Shown here piece by piece: positions 28,871 through 37,609 of a stretch of 64,000 nt of DNA. A model generated the notes under the pieces. The model did not search any database. It saw only the letters and a program-made list of their open reading frames with translations, and had not been told where the DNA came from. Position numbers and translations under genes: made by a program. The stretch's first letter is position 1, and each line of letters starts with the position of its first letter. The DNA is from a bacterium (GTDB lineage: Bacteria > SAR324 > NAC60-12), in NCBI GenBank assembly GCA_965209155.1, contig OZ242383.1:2016001-2080000 (forward strand). The letters run 5' to 3'.

Positions 28871-30523
28871 TTAATCACGTTCCGGCATAATTCGAGACTG
28901 CTGTCTTCCCGGATACCAGCGAGCTGCCTTAGTGTTCCCGATTTTGTGGATCTGTCCATTCATTCTCAAATCTTGAAGCAATTTCTGAACCTGGGCGTAT
29001 GAAAGGGCCGGCAGGACCTGAACGAGTTCCTTCAACTGACCGCCTTCATTCCGATTGTCTTTAATGTGTTTTAGTAGCAACTCCTTATTCGTCTCGCGGT
29101 CCAACCCACGCTTGCGCGTATAAACCCCTCCCTTGCCAATGTGACGGTAAAACCGCCGGGAGAGCAGCAGCCGCACGCCCCGTCCCCGTCCTACGCGCTC
29201 AATGATTCCCTGTTCCAGTAAATGCTCAGCTTTCAATCGGAGGTAGTCCGGAACAAATTGCTCGCGGCGTATGAGATCGACCACCAGTAAGTCATCAAGG
29301 CCGAACAAGGCTAATTGCTTTTGACCAATTTCCTCCAGAAAGCGCAGGAACTCCAAATCTTGGATGTCGCCGTGCAGCGTGAGCAACACGGAGTAGTCAT
29401 CAGTATGGGAGAAGTCGGGCAAAAGCTTACTTTGCTGAATGCACTCGCGAAAAATCAGGTCAAACCCCTGTCCTGCTCGTTCAACCAACCCACATTTTCC
29501 GAGGACTTCAGCAATACGACGATTGCGTGGATTTTGTTGTCGAAGGATGTTCTCAGGGGTGATACCGGCTGGAAAACCACCAGGGCTGAAGATCTCGATA
29601 CGTCGAGGATACTGGCGCACGAAAATGGACCCTCCCTGACGGTAGTCACGGTGGCTAACTGCGTTCAGAACGGCCTCGCGAACCACTCCCTCGTTGAAAG
29701 TAGATATGTCCCAAATAAAGAGTCCTTGCTGAAAGTGTTGCAGGTCATTACGCTGGTTTATAAGTCTCCAGATTTCGTCCAATATAGAAAGAAAACCCTG
29801 TCTGAACTCACGTCGTTCCGCTGCTGCTCCTGGCACTTCATTGGATCGATATTCAAAGATGATCTCAGCCTGAGCAAGATGTTTACCCAGGGCTTTGTGT
29901 GTGCCTAGCAGGATCAGTGCCGCGTACGACAACTGGCCGTCTATGAGTAACTCCGCATCCGTCAAGAGTTGCTCTACGGGACGGGTCGAGATATCTTGAT
30001 CTGGTGCCTTACGCTGCCAGAGTTGGCGTAGAACCTCTATCGAAGTTGGGTCGAGATCGTCCAATCGGGCAGGTGAACAAATCTCTGATGAGAAATCAAG
30101 ACTGGCCTCTGTAAAAATGCGTTGGAGTTGATCTGGTGTCATTGGAATAAGGGACTCGCCACCACGCATCCAATACCCGCCTTTATATTGCATAGGCACA
30201 CCGATTGGACGGGCGGGTACCTGAAAGACCAAAACCCGTCCGTTGGGGTGATCAATCACATCGACATCGACGCGGAGTCGCAGTTGCTCATTCAGACCAG
30301 CCTTCGTCCGTTCGAAATTGCTAAAGGCCCGGCTACCAACCACTTTGCGAGGAAGTTTATCCGTCACTCCCAGGATCATCTTTCCACCACCTTCGTTGGC
30401 AAGCGCGATGCAATACTTCACCAGTTTCTCAAAGTGAAAACTGGTTTTCGCCTCTTTAAACTCCAGGTGTTCGCCTTCTTGGTCGTTCATCCAGGTTTGG
30501 AGTTCATTAATGGAAACGGTCAT
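28871..30523 (-). CDS. Schlafen/AlbA_2 plus RecG-C (HATPase_c_4) plus HTH protein
   Basis: EGEHLEFKEAK, ALANEGGGKMILGV, REAVLNAVSHRDY, SPGGF, PRNRRIA, VERAGQG. Confidence 0.9.
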   Translation of the reverse strand: MTVSINELQTWMNDQEGEHLEFKEAKTSFHFEKLVKYCIALANEGGGKMILGVTDKLPRKVVGSRAFSNFERTKAGLNEQLRLRVDVDVIDHPNGRVLVFQVPARPIGVPMQYKGGYWMRGGESLIPMTPDQLQRIFTEASLDFSSEICSPARLDDLDPTSIEVLRQLWQRKAPDQDISTRPVEQLLTDAELLIDGQLSYAALILLGTHKALGKHLAQAEIIFEYRSNEVPGAAAERREFRQGFLSILDEIWRLINQRNDLQHFQQGLFIWDISTFNEGVVREAVLNAVSHRDYRQGGSIFVRQYPRRIEIFSPGGFPAGITPENILRQQNPRNRRIAEVLGKCGLVERAGQGFDLIFRECIQQSKLLPDFSHTDDYSVLLTLHGDIQDLEFLRFLEEIGQKQLALFGLDDLLVVDLIRREQFVPDYLRLKAEHLLEQGIIERVGRGRGVRLLLSRRFYRHIGKGGVYTRKRGLDRETNKELLLKHIKDNRNEGGQLKELVQVLPALSYAQVQKLLQDLRMNGQIHKIGNTKAARWYPGRQQSRIMPERD

Positions 30524-30603
30524 ATGATTTCCTGATATTTCTTCCTGCGATTACTACGTCCTTGAGAAGCAGGTTCAGTCAAGTATCTAATCAAGTGTTG
30601 CAT

Positions 30604-32709
30604 TCAGGACGCCTCCTTTTCAAACCTTTCATTCAGCGTGGAAAACAACAAAGTGGAAGCGTCGAGAACTTCATCCGGGAGCGTAGTTCCATTTTCTGAC
30701 CATAGAGAAACCAAATGTAAGGCGACCGAGTTTTTCCAACCTTTTGGTAGTATAAACCCTTGACGTTTAGCAGCAGTCTTTATCTGACTCGGCAGGCTTC
30801 CGACCAAACGGTCTTTTTCTTCTAATTGTAGTTCATTACCTGTCACAGCCTCAAGTCCAGAAAGAATTAAATCCTCACCAAAGATATCTTCGATTTCCAC
30901 TTCTTGATCAATTCGGTTGAGTACCTCATCCAGCATTAGAATCTCAGAACCATAATCGACATAAAGTTCCTTAATCAGTGCGTTTTGACGAGCCCGTCCG
31001 GCTTCGTCCCCGTCCAGAAGAATTAGAGGACGAACTTCATGGCCGAGAAACAATGACGCTAAGTGCCCGACAAGTTTTGTACCGCCACAGGGTGTGATGT
31101 ATATATCGTCCGGTAACGAAATTCGATCCGATTTTGCGCATTGTTGTGACAGCGTATGCAAGTAGTAGAAATCGCTCATTCCTTCTACTAATACGTTTTT
31201 GCGATGCTGAAAAAGCCCGCGAATCATCGCGTATCCGGCGGCAGCCTGAAGTGGAAAAATCGTTTCGCGATCCTTTGGCCATGTCTCAGCAGTGATGTAC
31301 GAATGTCCGGTGTTATCTTCCGTGACCGGCCTGACTCGATGCAAATGTTCACCGTCTATTAGAAAGGGTGAATGGGTTGTGTAGAGAAGTTGGTTCGTTT
31401 CAGCAAGCTTTTCGAAAAAATCGATCAATTCCTGCTGTGCTGTAGGATGCAGGTGCAAGCCCGGTTCATCGAGTAGAAGAATCGCATCTTTATGCCCGTC
31501 TTTGGATTCGACAAGAAAAACAAGATAAAACGAGAAGAACCACTGGAATCCCTTACTGCGGGCTTCAAGCTCGATTTCCACGTCTTGGCGGAGTTCGTCA
31601 GCAACCCATATTCGAAAGTAATCGCCGTCAGCGTGATAACGGATTTTATGGCGACGTTGCGGCCACCATTCCGAGAATCTGTTGCTGATATCGATCGATG
31701 CGGAATTCAACTTAATTGCGCGCTCTTCTATTCGCTGCTGATCAGTTGCGATCTGACTTGGTGTCGGTTTAGAACCCTCTTCACGAATTTTCCTTGTTTT
31801 TTGGTCTCCAAGCATCGCAATCTCACTTGGATCAAGCCCGACATGCTTGAACATCGCATTGATCGTACGCACGCGAGAAAAGTTCGGATTTTGGTTCAGA
31901 TCTTCCAGAAATCGATTTAGCCAGACTGCACTGTCCAAAATACCGTAGTTTTCAAAATAGATCAGCACTGGGAGATGCTGTTTAATTATCTTGTCAACCT
32001 GATTTATGTTTAAAGGATTCTTTGCAGCGTTATGAATCGGCTCAATTTTCTGTTGAAGAGCTTCTACCATGTCGGCGGTTTGCGGGTTGCTCCTTTTCTC
32101 CAATTCATTCCTCAGCTTGGACAGCCGCTGCACTCCACCACGACCACGAAGATCGTCTAAGTCCTTCAGTTTTTCTTTCCATCCAGTAGCCCATTTAACC
32201 AACTCCGCACGTTTCGCTTTCGTATCTTCCTCCTGGTCTGCATCTAGAGCCTCAAGCCGACGGGCACTCGATGCGAACGCATTGAGCGCGCAGAGCACCG
32301 GTTCTGGTGCAAGTGATTTCTCTTCAATCACAGGTGTATATTCAAACTTTAAGCTTCCATCGTAGTATCGGGTCACTGTAACCTTCTCAGGTTGCTTCCT
32401 GTCTTCCTCCATTAGTTTGCCAATTTCAATCCGTTGTTCTTCCGGAATTTCAAATTCAACCGAACATACAGGCCAGACCTTACCTTTCGATCCGTTGGAA
32501 TTGAAATCACTCGTGTAGCGGTCGCGCGGAAATTCGCGTTGCGCATTGTAGGGTTCCGGCGTGGCAGGATTGAATTTGTGTAGCGCTTTAAGCAGCGAGG
32601 TCTTTCCCGATTCGTTTCGGCCTACAAACGCCGTGACTTTCTCCAGTGCTATCCAACCGCTGTCATCGATATTGCGAAAATTTTGAACACGAAATCGGAT
32701 GGCTTTCAT
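30604..32709 (-). CDS. OLD-family ATP-dependent nuclease (ABC ATPase plus TOPRIM)
   Basis: GRNESGKT, RSKGFQW, LLDEPGLHLHP, TTHSPF, VLVEGMSD, LLDGDEAG. Confidence 0.9.
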   Translation of the reverse strand: MKAIRFRVQNFRNIDDSGWIALEKVTAFVGRNESGKTSLLKALHKFNPATPEPYNAQREFPRDRYTSDFNSNGSKGKVWPVCSVEFEIPEEQRIEIGKLMEEDRKQPEKVTVTRYYDGSLKFEYTPVIEEKSLAPEPVLCALNAFASSARRLEALDADQEEDTKAKRAELVKWATGWKEKLKDLDDLRGRGGVQRLSKLRNELEKRSNPQTADMVEALQQKIEPIHNAAKNPLNINQVDKIIKQHLPVLIYFENYGILDSAVWLNRFLEDLNQNPNFSRVRTINAMFKHVGLDPSEIAMLGDQKTRKIREEGSKPTPSQIATDQQRIEERAIKLNSASIDISNRFSEWWPQRRHKIRYHADGDYFRIWVADELRQDVEIELEARSKGFQWFFSFYLVFLVESKDGHKDAILLLDEPGLHLHPTAQQELIDFFEKLAETNQLLYTTHSPFLIDGEHLHRVRPVTEDNTGHSYITAETWPKDRETIFPLQAAAGYAMIRGLFQHRKNVLVEGMSDFYYLHTLSQQCAKSDRISLPDDIYITPCGGTKLVGHLASLFLGHEVRPLILLDGDEAGRARQNALIKELYVDYGSEILMLDEVLNRIDQEVEIEDIFGEDLILSGLEAVTGNELQLEEKDRLVGSLPSQIKTAAKRQGFILPKGWKNSVALHLVSLWSENGTTLPDEVLDASTLLFSTLNERFEKEAS

Positions 32710-32750
32710 ACGTGATCTCCAGTGTTAAGGTTTACAACCCCGTCCATTGG

Positions 32751-34088
32751 CTATGGCGCATCAGCTTTGTCAGGCAATTTAGCCGCCGCTTCGCGCACAT
32801 CGAGCTTACCTGTGACTACATCGGCGATCAAACGGGTGCGATATTCACTCAGCAACTTGTTCTGGCGGAGGACATGGTCTATGGTAGTGTCAAAATCAAT
32901 CATTGCTTTGTCAAGATACTCTGTAATGGCCTCCTGCTCAGGGAGGGGTGGAACATTAAGTGCGAAATCAGCCAGTCTCACCCGGGAGAGTTCCGTGAAT
33001 GTGCTACCTTGCCCCAATGACTGCAACTCAGATCGAACAACGCTTAACTCATAATAGAGATATTCAGATTTTATGGCTTTTTTTGGAACTAGCAATCTGC
33101 ATCCTTGGTTTACACACGCTGAGACAAGCAAAATACCAATATGTCCAATCGGTGCGCGTGTAGAAAGAGCTATACTTCCTGCCGGAGCAAGAGTAGTTCC
33201 GCAAGCATGATAGCCCTCGTTTGTAATCTGCCGCACACCCCCTTTGATATATCGGTTTGTTAGCTGGCCTAAATCCTCTGGAGTAAGCCAAGCGATCGAT
33301 CCGTCCCAGAATTTCGGATTGTCGCTCGTAGGCGTTGCTCCGTTGATTATCTTAACAATAGAACGAAGTCGTCGCACTTCCCAATGGGCTGGCATGTCGC
33401 CGAGCCACTCGACTCCAGACGGTTTGAGGCGGACGTTGGGATCGAGACCCCGGATGACGGCACGGTGAATGAGGGCATGCTTCTGCTCTTCCAGCAGCTG
33501 CACCAGCTTCTTCCGTGCGCTGATGTACCGGCGGATACGCCCGTCGACATAATCTAGGTAACGAACGATAGCCGCCTGCTCGTTGTGGGGAGGGAAGGGA
33601 AATGGTGCAGCAAGAAACGCTTCGTCTGTCAATTGGAGTCGTGAAATCCAAATTCCCTTTGAGCGTACTTGGAGTTCCCATTGAAATGGAAAAGACCGGA
33701 CTAAATTGTGGATATACTGAGGGTTGATTCCGATCTTTGGCAATAAACGATATACTCCGTAAGCAGAGCTAATGATTCCGTGATACTTCGATACTCCCAA
33801 TCCCTGAGCCCAAGACCACAGACTGTTGATTACCAAATCTCCAGGCCAACAAAGCTTATATCCCACATATGATTCTGCTTTGAACATCGTTACATTAATA
33901 GAGGATCTAGGTACAATTCCTTTTTCAGATGAAACAGCTAATAACTCTTCAGTCCCAGTCTTGGAACGGATATCAACTAATTGGAATATTGTTTTACCCC
34001 TGCGAAGTTTCCAATGCACTGGCACGTCGCCGAGCCACTCGACTTCGGAAGGCTTGTAGACGGTGTAAGGTTTCAGAATAGAAGCCAT
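32751..34088 (-). CDS. hsdS: Type I R-M specificity subunit
   Basis: Two TRDs, repeated KPSxVEWLGD, PPxxEQ motifs, LIADVVTGKLDVR. Confidence 0.95.
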   Translation of the reverse strand: MASILKPYTVYKPSEVEWLGDVPVHWKLRRGKTIFQLVDIRSKTGTEELLAVSSEKGIVPRSSINVTMFKAESYVGYKLCWPGDLVINSLWSWAQGLGVSKYHGIISSAYGVYRLLPKIGINPQYIHNLVRSFPFQWELQVRSKGIWISRLQLTDEAFLAAPFPFPPHNEQAAIVRYLDYVDGRIRRYISARKKLVQLLEEQKHALIHRAVIRGLDPNVRLKPSGVEWLGDMPAHWEVRRLRSIVKIINGATPTSDNPKFWDGSIAWLTPEDLGQLTNRYIKGGVRQITNEGYHACGTTLAPAGSIALSTRAPIGHIGILLVSACVNQGCRLLVPKKAIKSEYLYYELSVVRSELQSLGQGSTFTELSRVRLADFALNVPPLPEQEAITEYLDKAMIDFDTTIDHVLRQNKLLSEYRTRLIADVVTGKLDVREAAAKLPDKADAP

Positions 34089-34128
34089 GATTTTTTCTCA
34101 TTAACTTTTAAGTCTTTTACTCACTTTT

Positions 34129-34764
34129 TTAAGGAAGGTCGTACAATTCGCCCACTTGCGCAAAAAATCGCATTTGTCCACCGTAGCTAGGATGACGTAC
34201 TTGAACCACGTTTTGCCGGTTAGCCAATCGGTGTGCTGTTTGCGCCGCATCATTACCGATTGCGATCAGTCGTTGGGGCCTTAGGAGGTGTATGAGTTCA
34301 ACGAGAAATTCCTCTCCCGCCCTTCGTTCCAGAGAATTGTGACGTCGATTGCTGAATGGATTTTCAAATTTATGAGGATGTAATGGAAAGATGTTCCAGA
34401 GAAAAATGGACTCTTTGATTCGTGAAACGACCTTCCAAGTGACGGCAGCAGTCTGTTCGGCGACGATGTCGCCCTTCGTAGGCCGCTCCACTGACAGCTT
34501 CCACCGTTTGGTGTGATCATGGAAATGCGCATCGTCTGTCAAAGCAAGCCCTGTTCGTCTGCCGCCACGATAACCAAGATCACGTCCGATCCATATGGAA
34601 TCTATATCCTCTTTTGCTGCCCTTTCAAGTATTCTAAGCAATGTTTGTGAACGGCGTTGTGGCGCGTCTTCTCGGTCGTGAACAACACATCGATTCGAAT
34701 AGGGGTTAAACGTGTGTTCAAAATTCAACTCACTCAGTCCCTGTACATATAGAGTGGGGTTCAT
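34129..34764 (-). CDS. Uracil-DNA glycosylase superfamily protein
   Basis: TFNPY, GRDLGYRGGRRTGLALTD, LWNIFPLHPH, VRHPSYGG. Confidence 0.85.
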   Translation of the reverse strand: MNPTLYVQGLSELNFEHTFNPYSNRCVVHDREDAPQRRSQTLLRILERAAKEDIDSIWIGRDLGYRGGRRTGLALTDDAHFHDHTKRWKLSVERPTKGDIVAEQTAAVTWKVVSRIKESIFLWNIFPLHPHKFENPFSNRRHNSLERRAGEEFLVELIHLLRPQRLIAIGNDAAQTAHRLANRQNVVQVRHPSYGGQMRFFAQVGELYDLP

Positions 34765-35893
34765 GCTCTACTCCTATGATCGACTTGTACTTGATGGTAC
34801 GAGACTTTCGGTCACCAACCACAATTCCACTGTTATTATCTCGTACCAGTCTGAAGACTTCATATCCTTCCAGAATGGCCTGCTCCCATAGGCTAAGAGG
34901 ACAATTTTCCACTTCGTATCCCTGTACAAACTGTTGCACGGTTTTCAGTAAATCAAATGAGACCCTGTTCTGTCCTTCAAAAAAATTTAGGTGTTTAGCG
35001 CGTGAAAAAATCCATGCGGTCAATCCTTCCTCAATAACAATCGCACGACCACCATCCTGAGCCTCATCGATCTTTGGATCACTCTTGCGCTTCTGTTTTA
35101 TCAGTGCCCGAAAGGTAGGAGACCAGTGAAGAATGGCGGTATACGCGAAATGAAATACATCATGGAATCGATAGCCATCAGGGTCAAGAATGCTATCTGT
35201 GAGTGGATCTCCGATAAAAACGTCATTCCACTGCAGATAAATTTGTCCACTTTTTCGCTGGGTGATTTTGATTTCGAAATGCAAGGGAAGCCTCTCCTCT
35301 TCTGGAAAATCACTGTCGAATGTTGGCATGACTGACGCCTCGGGATCAAGAAAACGTCCGCATGTCTTTTCGATGTTCATACGGATGACTTTAGAAAAGC
35401 AAACACCTGCTGCCTGAAGCGCTTGCAAGTAAGAATCTGCAAACGAACACAGTAAATTATGGCTTTGTGGGTCCAAGGTCTTGATACCGAGCAACGCCGC
35501 GGTCGCCTCTCCCAGATTCAGGAGGGTCTCGTTGGACGGAAGCAACGGATCAGACGACGAGACGTGAGAAATCGAGCCATCCAAGCGATCGCTCGCGACG
35601 ATACTCTTACTGTATCCGTCTTGACTCAATGCTTCGGAGAGGATGGTGTCAACACTAATACCAAGACGTCGGCACAATGTCGTAAAGTACCATAGCGCAT
35701 CGCCAAACTCCTCCTCCACCGCATGCTGGTAGGCATACGCAGTTTTTTCCCGTAGAAATTTCTTGACGGTTGACATGATGCTCCCAACTTCGCCAAATAA
35801 CCCCATGAGGACAGGATACAGATTGTCTTGAGGAAGTTTATCGGTAGGCTTTATCGTTTGTGTATAGTCACACAGAAGTATTGAACCTTTCAA
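34730..35893 (-). CDS. MazG-like NTP pyrophosphohydrolase with MazG_C domain
   Basis: GLFGEVG..KK..EEEFGDALWY; DGYRFHDVFH (DxYRxHDxxH); TTG start at 35893 after AAGGGA. Confidence 0.88.
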   Translation of the reverse strand: MKGSILLCDYTQTIKPTDKLPQDNLYPVLMGLFGEVGSIMSTVKKFLREKTAYAYQHAVEEEFGDALWYFTTLCRRLGISVDTILSEALSQDGYSKSIVASDRLDGSISHVSSSDPLLPSNETLLNLGEATAALLGIKTLDPQSHNLLCSFADSYLQALQAAGVCFSKVIRMNIEKTCGRFLDPEASVMPTFDSDFPEEERLPLHFEIKITQRKSGQIYLQWNDVFIGDPLTDSILDPDGYRFHDVFHFAYTAILHWSPTFRALIKQKRKSDPKIDEAQDGGRAIVIEEGLTAWIFSRAKHLNFFEGQNRVSFDLLKTVQQFVQGYEVENCPLSLWEQAILEGYEVFRLVRDNNSGIVVGDRKSRTIKYKSIIGVEHEPHSICTGTE

Positions 35894-35919
35894 TTTTTCC
35901 CTTATCCATGGATGACGAA

Positions 35920-36534
35920 TTAGTGTTTCTGGTCTCTCAACCAGTCTGACGGTGCTCCGAGGAAACCGTTTACTTGCTGAGATTGGATCCATATGACAAA
36001 GTCCTTGACCAGTTCCTCCGGAAACCGGCATTTATAGCCTCGTAAAGCGCAAATATCGTATCCGTTGTAGTTCCTAAATTTTTGCGGTATTTGAAGTCCG
36101 CAACAACCCCAATACGAATAGTCTGTACTGAGCAATACTCTATCCGTTTGGGTATCGAGGCAAATATTATGCGGGTTAGGTAAACCACCCTTATAGCTGT
36201 GATGAGAATCCTTTTGCTGCCATTGACCGGCTTCATTCTTAAAATAAATGTTGTCTCCGAAAGCCTGTTTGTTGCTTCCTCGCAAGTTCGGTTTTTTTCT
36301 TTGAAACCGCGCGCCTGACCAATATTCATTGAATGTCATTGTTTCCGTTATGCGCATGCAATAAACGAGATTACCTTTTTGTCCTTTTGGACTGCTGCCG
36401 GTACCAATGACCCAGTCTCCTACAGAGCTATTCCGTCGAATGCCTGGCTTGCACGTAGCTAACGTACATACTCCAAAAAATGGATTAGGCGCAAAGCCAT
36501 AATCCCTAGCGACAACATATGAATACAATTTCAA
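35920..36534 (-). CDS. Nucleotide modification associated domain 2 (Nmad2) protein
   Basis: YSYVVARDYGFAPNPFFGVCTLATCKP..RR, GDWVIG, GDNIY. Confidence 0.85.
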   Translation of the reverse strand: MKLYSYVVARDYGFAPNPFFGVCTLATCKPGIRRNSSVGDWVIGTGSSPKGQKGNLVYCMRITETMTFNEYWSGARFQRKKPNLRGSNKQAFGDNIYFKNEAGQWQQKDSHHSYKGGLPNPHNICLDTQTDRVLLSTDYSYWGCCGLQIPQKFRNYNGYDICALRGYKCRFPEELVKDFVIWIQSQQVNGFLGAPSDWLRDQKH

Positions 36535-36543
36535 CGCTTTCCT

Positions 36544-37020
36544 CTAATTACAACTATACCGTTTAATGTCTTGTTTGGCACGTTGAGTGCCATCCGCATT
36601 TTCCCAATTGTCGATTTTTCCATTTATCGCATCGATGATACGATTACCCGTCCAACCTACAACAGCGTCGGCATATTTTTGCAAAGCTTCCGGGACTTCA
36701 CATTCGTTTTCTCCATGTGCCCAGACTCCCACAATTCGTTTGTTTTGTTTCTGAGCATAATCAATTTCCCAGTTGACGTATTCACTGTCCTTGGTTTCGG
36801 GAGAAATATAAACAAGCAATGTGCTTGATTGTTGAATGCGCGGTGCAAGAATCTGAGATTTGATGTATTTTTCTGAATGCGCATTGTTAGGATTGTCCGC
36901 ATTGATTGAGTAGTCTCGGATGGTCATTCCGTTATCCTTCAACAGACTCTTGAGCTTCCCAAGACCCTCATCATCTTCGTGAATATGACTTATGAAGATG
37001 TTTTTCGTTTTACCAGCCAT
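36544..37020 (-). CDS. ThsB-like TIR-domain protein (DUF1863/MTH538 type)
   Basis: IFISH, SSTLLVYIS..T..SEYVNWEI with the catalytic Glu. Confidence 0.88.
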   Translation of the reverse strand: MAGKTKNIFISHIHEDDEGLGKLKSLLKDNGMTIRDYSINADNPNNAHSEKYIKSQILAPRIQQSSTLLVYISPETKDSEYVNWEIDYAQKQNKRIVGVWAHGENECEVPEALQKYADAVVGWTGNRIIDAINGKIDNWENADGTQRAKQDIKRYSCN

Positions 37021-37038
37021 TGCTATATACTCCTAATT

Positions 37039-37521
37039 TCATTCAATTGTAGTTCGTTCTAAATCGGTCAAATCTTCCACGCCGGCAATCTTCGAAAGCA
37101 TGCGGTTGTAGTTGCGTAAATCCTCTTGCAGAATTTCCAGTTCTTCACGAAATTCCTTGCGCTTGCGCTCCTTCCGGAAAGCGCCTGCCAGACTCTCTTT
37201 GTGCCATTTGGCGGTGAAGGGACGCACTACCTGATTCAAGACGGGTATGGCAACCTTGCTGAATTGTATCGTTCCTCGCCCACGCTGGCGTAAGATCTCC
37301 CGGGTTGTCGAAAAAAGTGAATAAACGCTTTCGAGAGCCGTCTGCTCGTCTCCTGCTTCGGAAGGCAAGGGTTGGGTGACGATCCTGGTCAGCATTTCAA
37401 TATACAACTCCCAAGCCGCATCCTGGTCGCTCGATTCAAATGAAATTTCGGCGTCGACCAACTTCAAATTCAACTTTATTTTCTCCAAATGGCAATTATT
37501 GAAGAGTGTTCCTAATTTCAT
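37039..37521 (-). CDS. Conserved-looking helical hypothetical protein
   Basis: AAWELYIEMLTRIVTQ, LNQVVRPFTAKWH; a partial paralog lies at 42395-42573. Confidence 0.75.
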   Translation of the reverse strand: MKLGTLFNNCHLEKIKLNLKLVDAEISFESSDQDAAWELYIEMLTRIVTQPLPSEAGDEQTALESVYSLFSTTREILRQRGRGTIQFSKVAIPVLNQVVRPFTAKWHKESLAGAFRKERKRKEFREELEILQEDLRNYNRMLSKIAGVEDLTDLERTTIE

Positions 37522-37609
37522 TAATGTATCCTGTTTTATTGTGAATCGAAAGGAGCGGGTGGTTACAGACTTTCCTTAGGAGGGTGAAGGATTGAGATTG
37601 GTAGTCAAT

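Noticed and set aside
30604..32709. Gabija
   Set aside because: No adjacent UvrD-like GajB; the RecD2 at 54.7 kb is in housekeeping context.
35894..36031. N-terminal extension of the MazG ORF in the track
   Set aside because: It overlaps Nmad2; the TTG at 35893 has an RBS.
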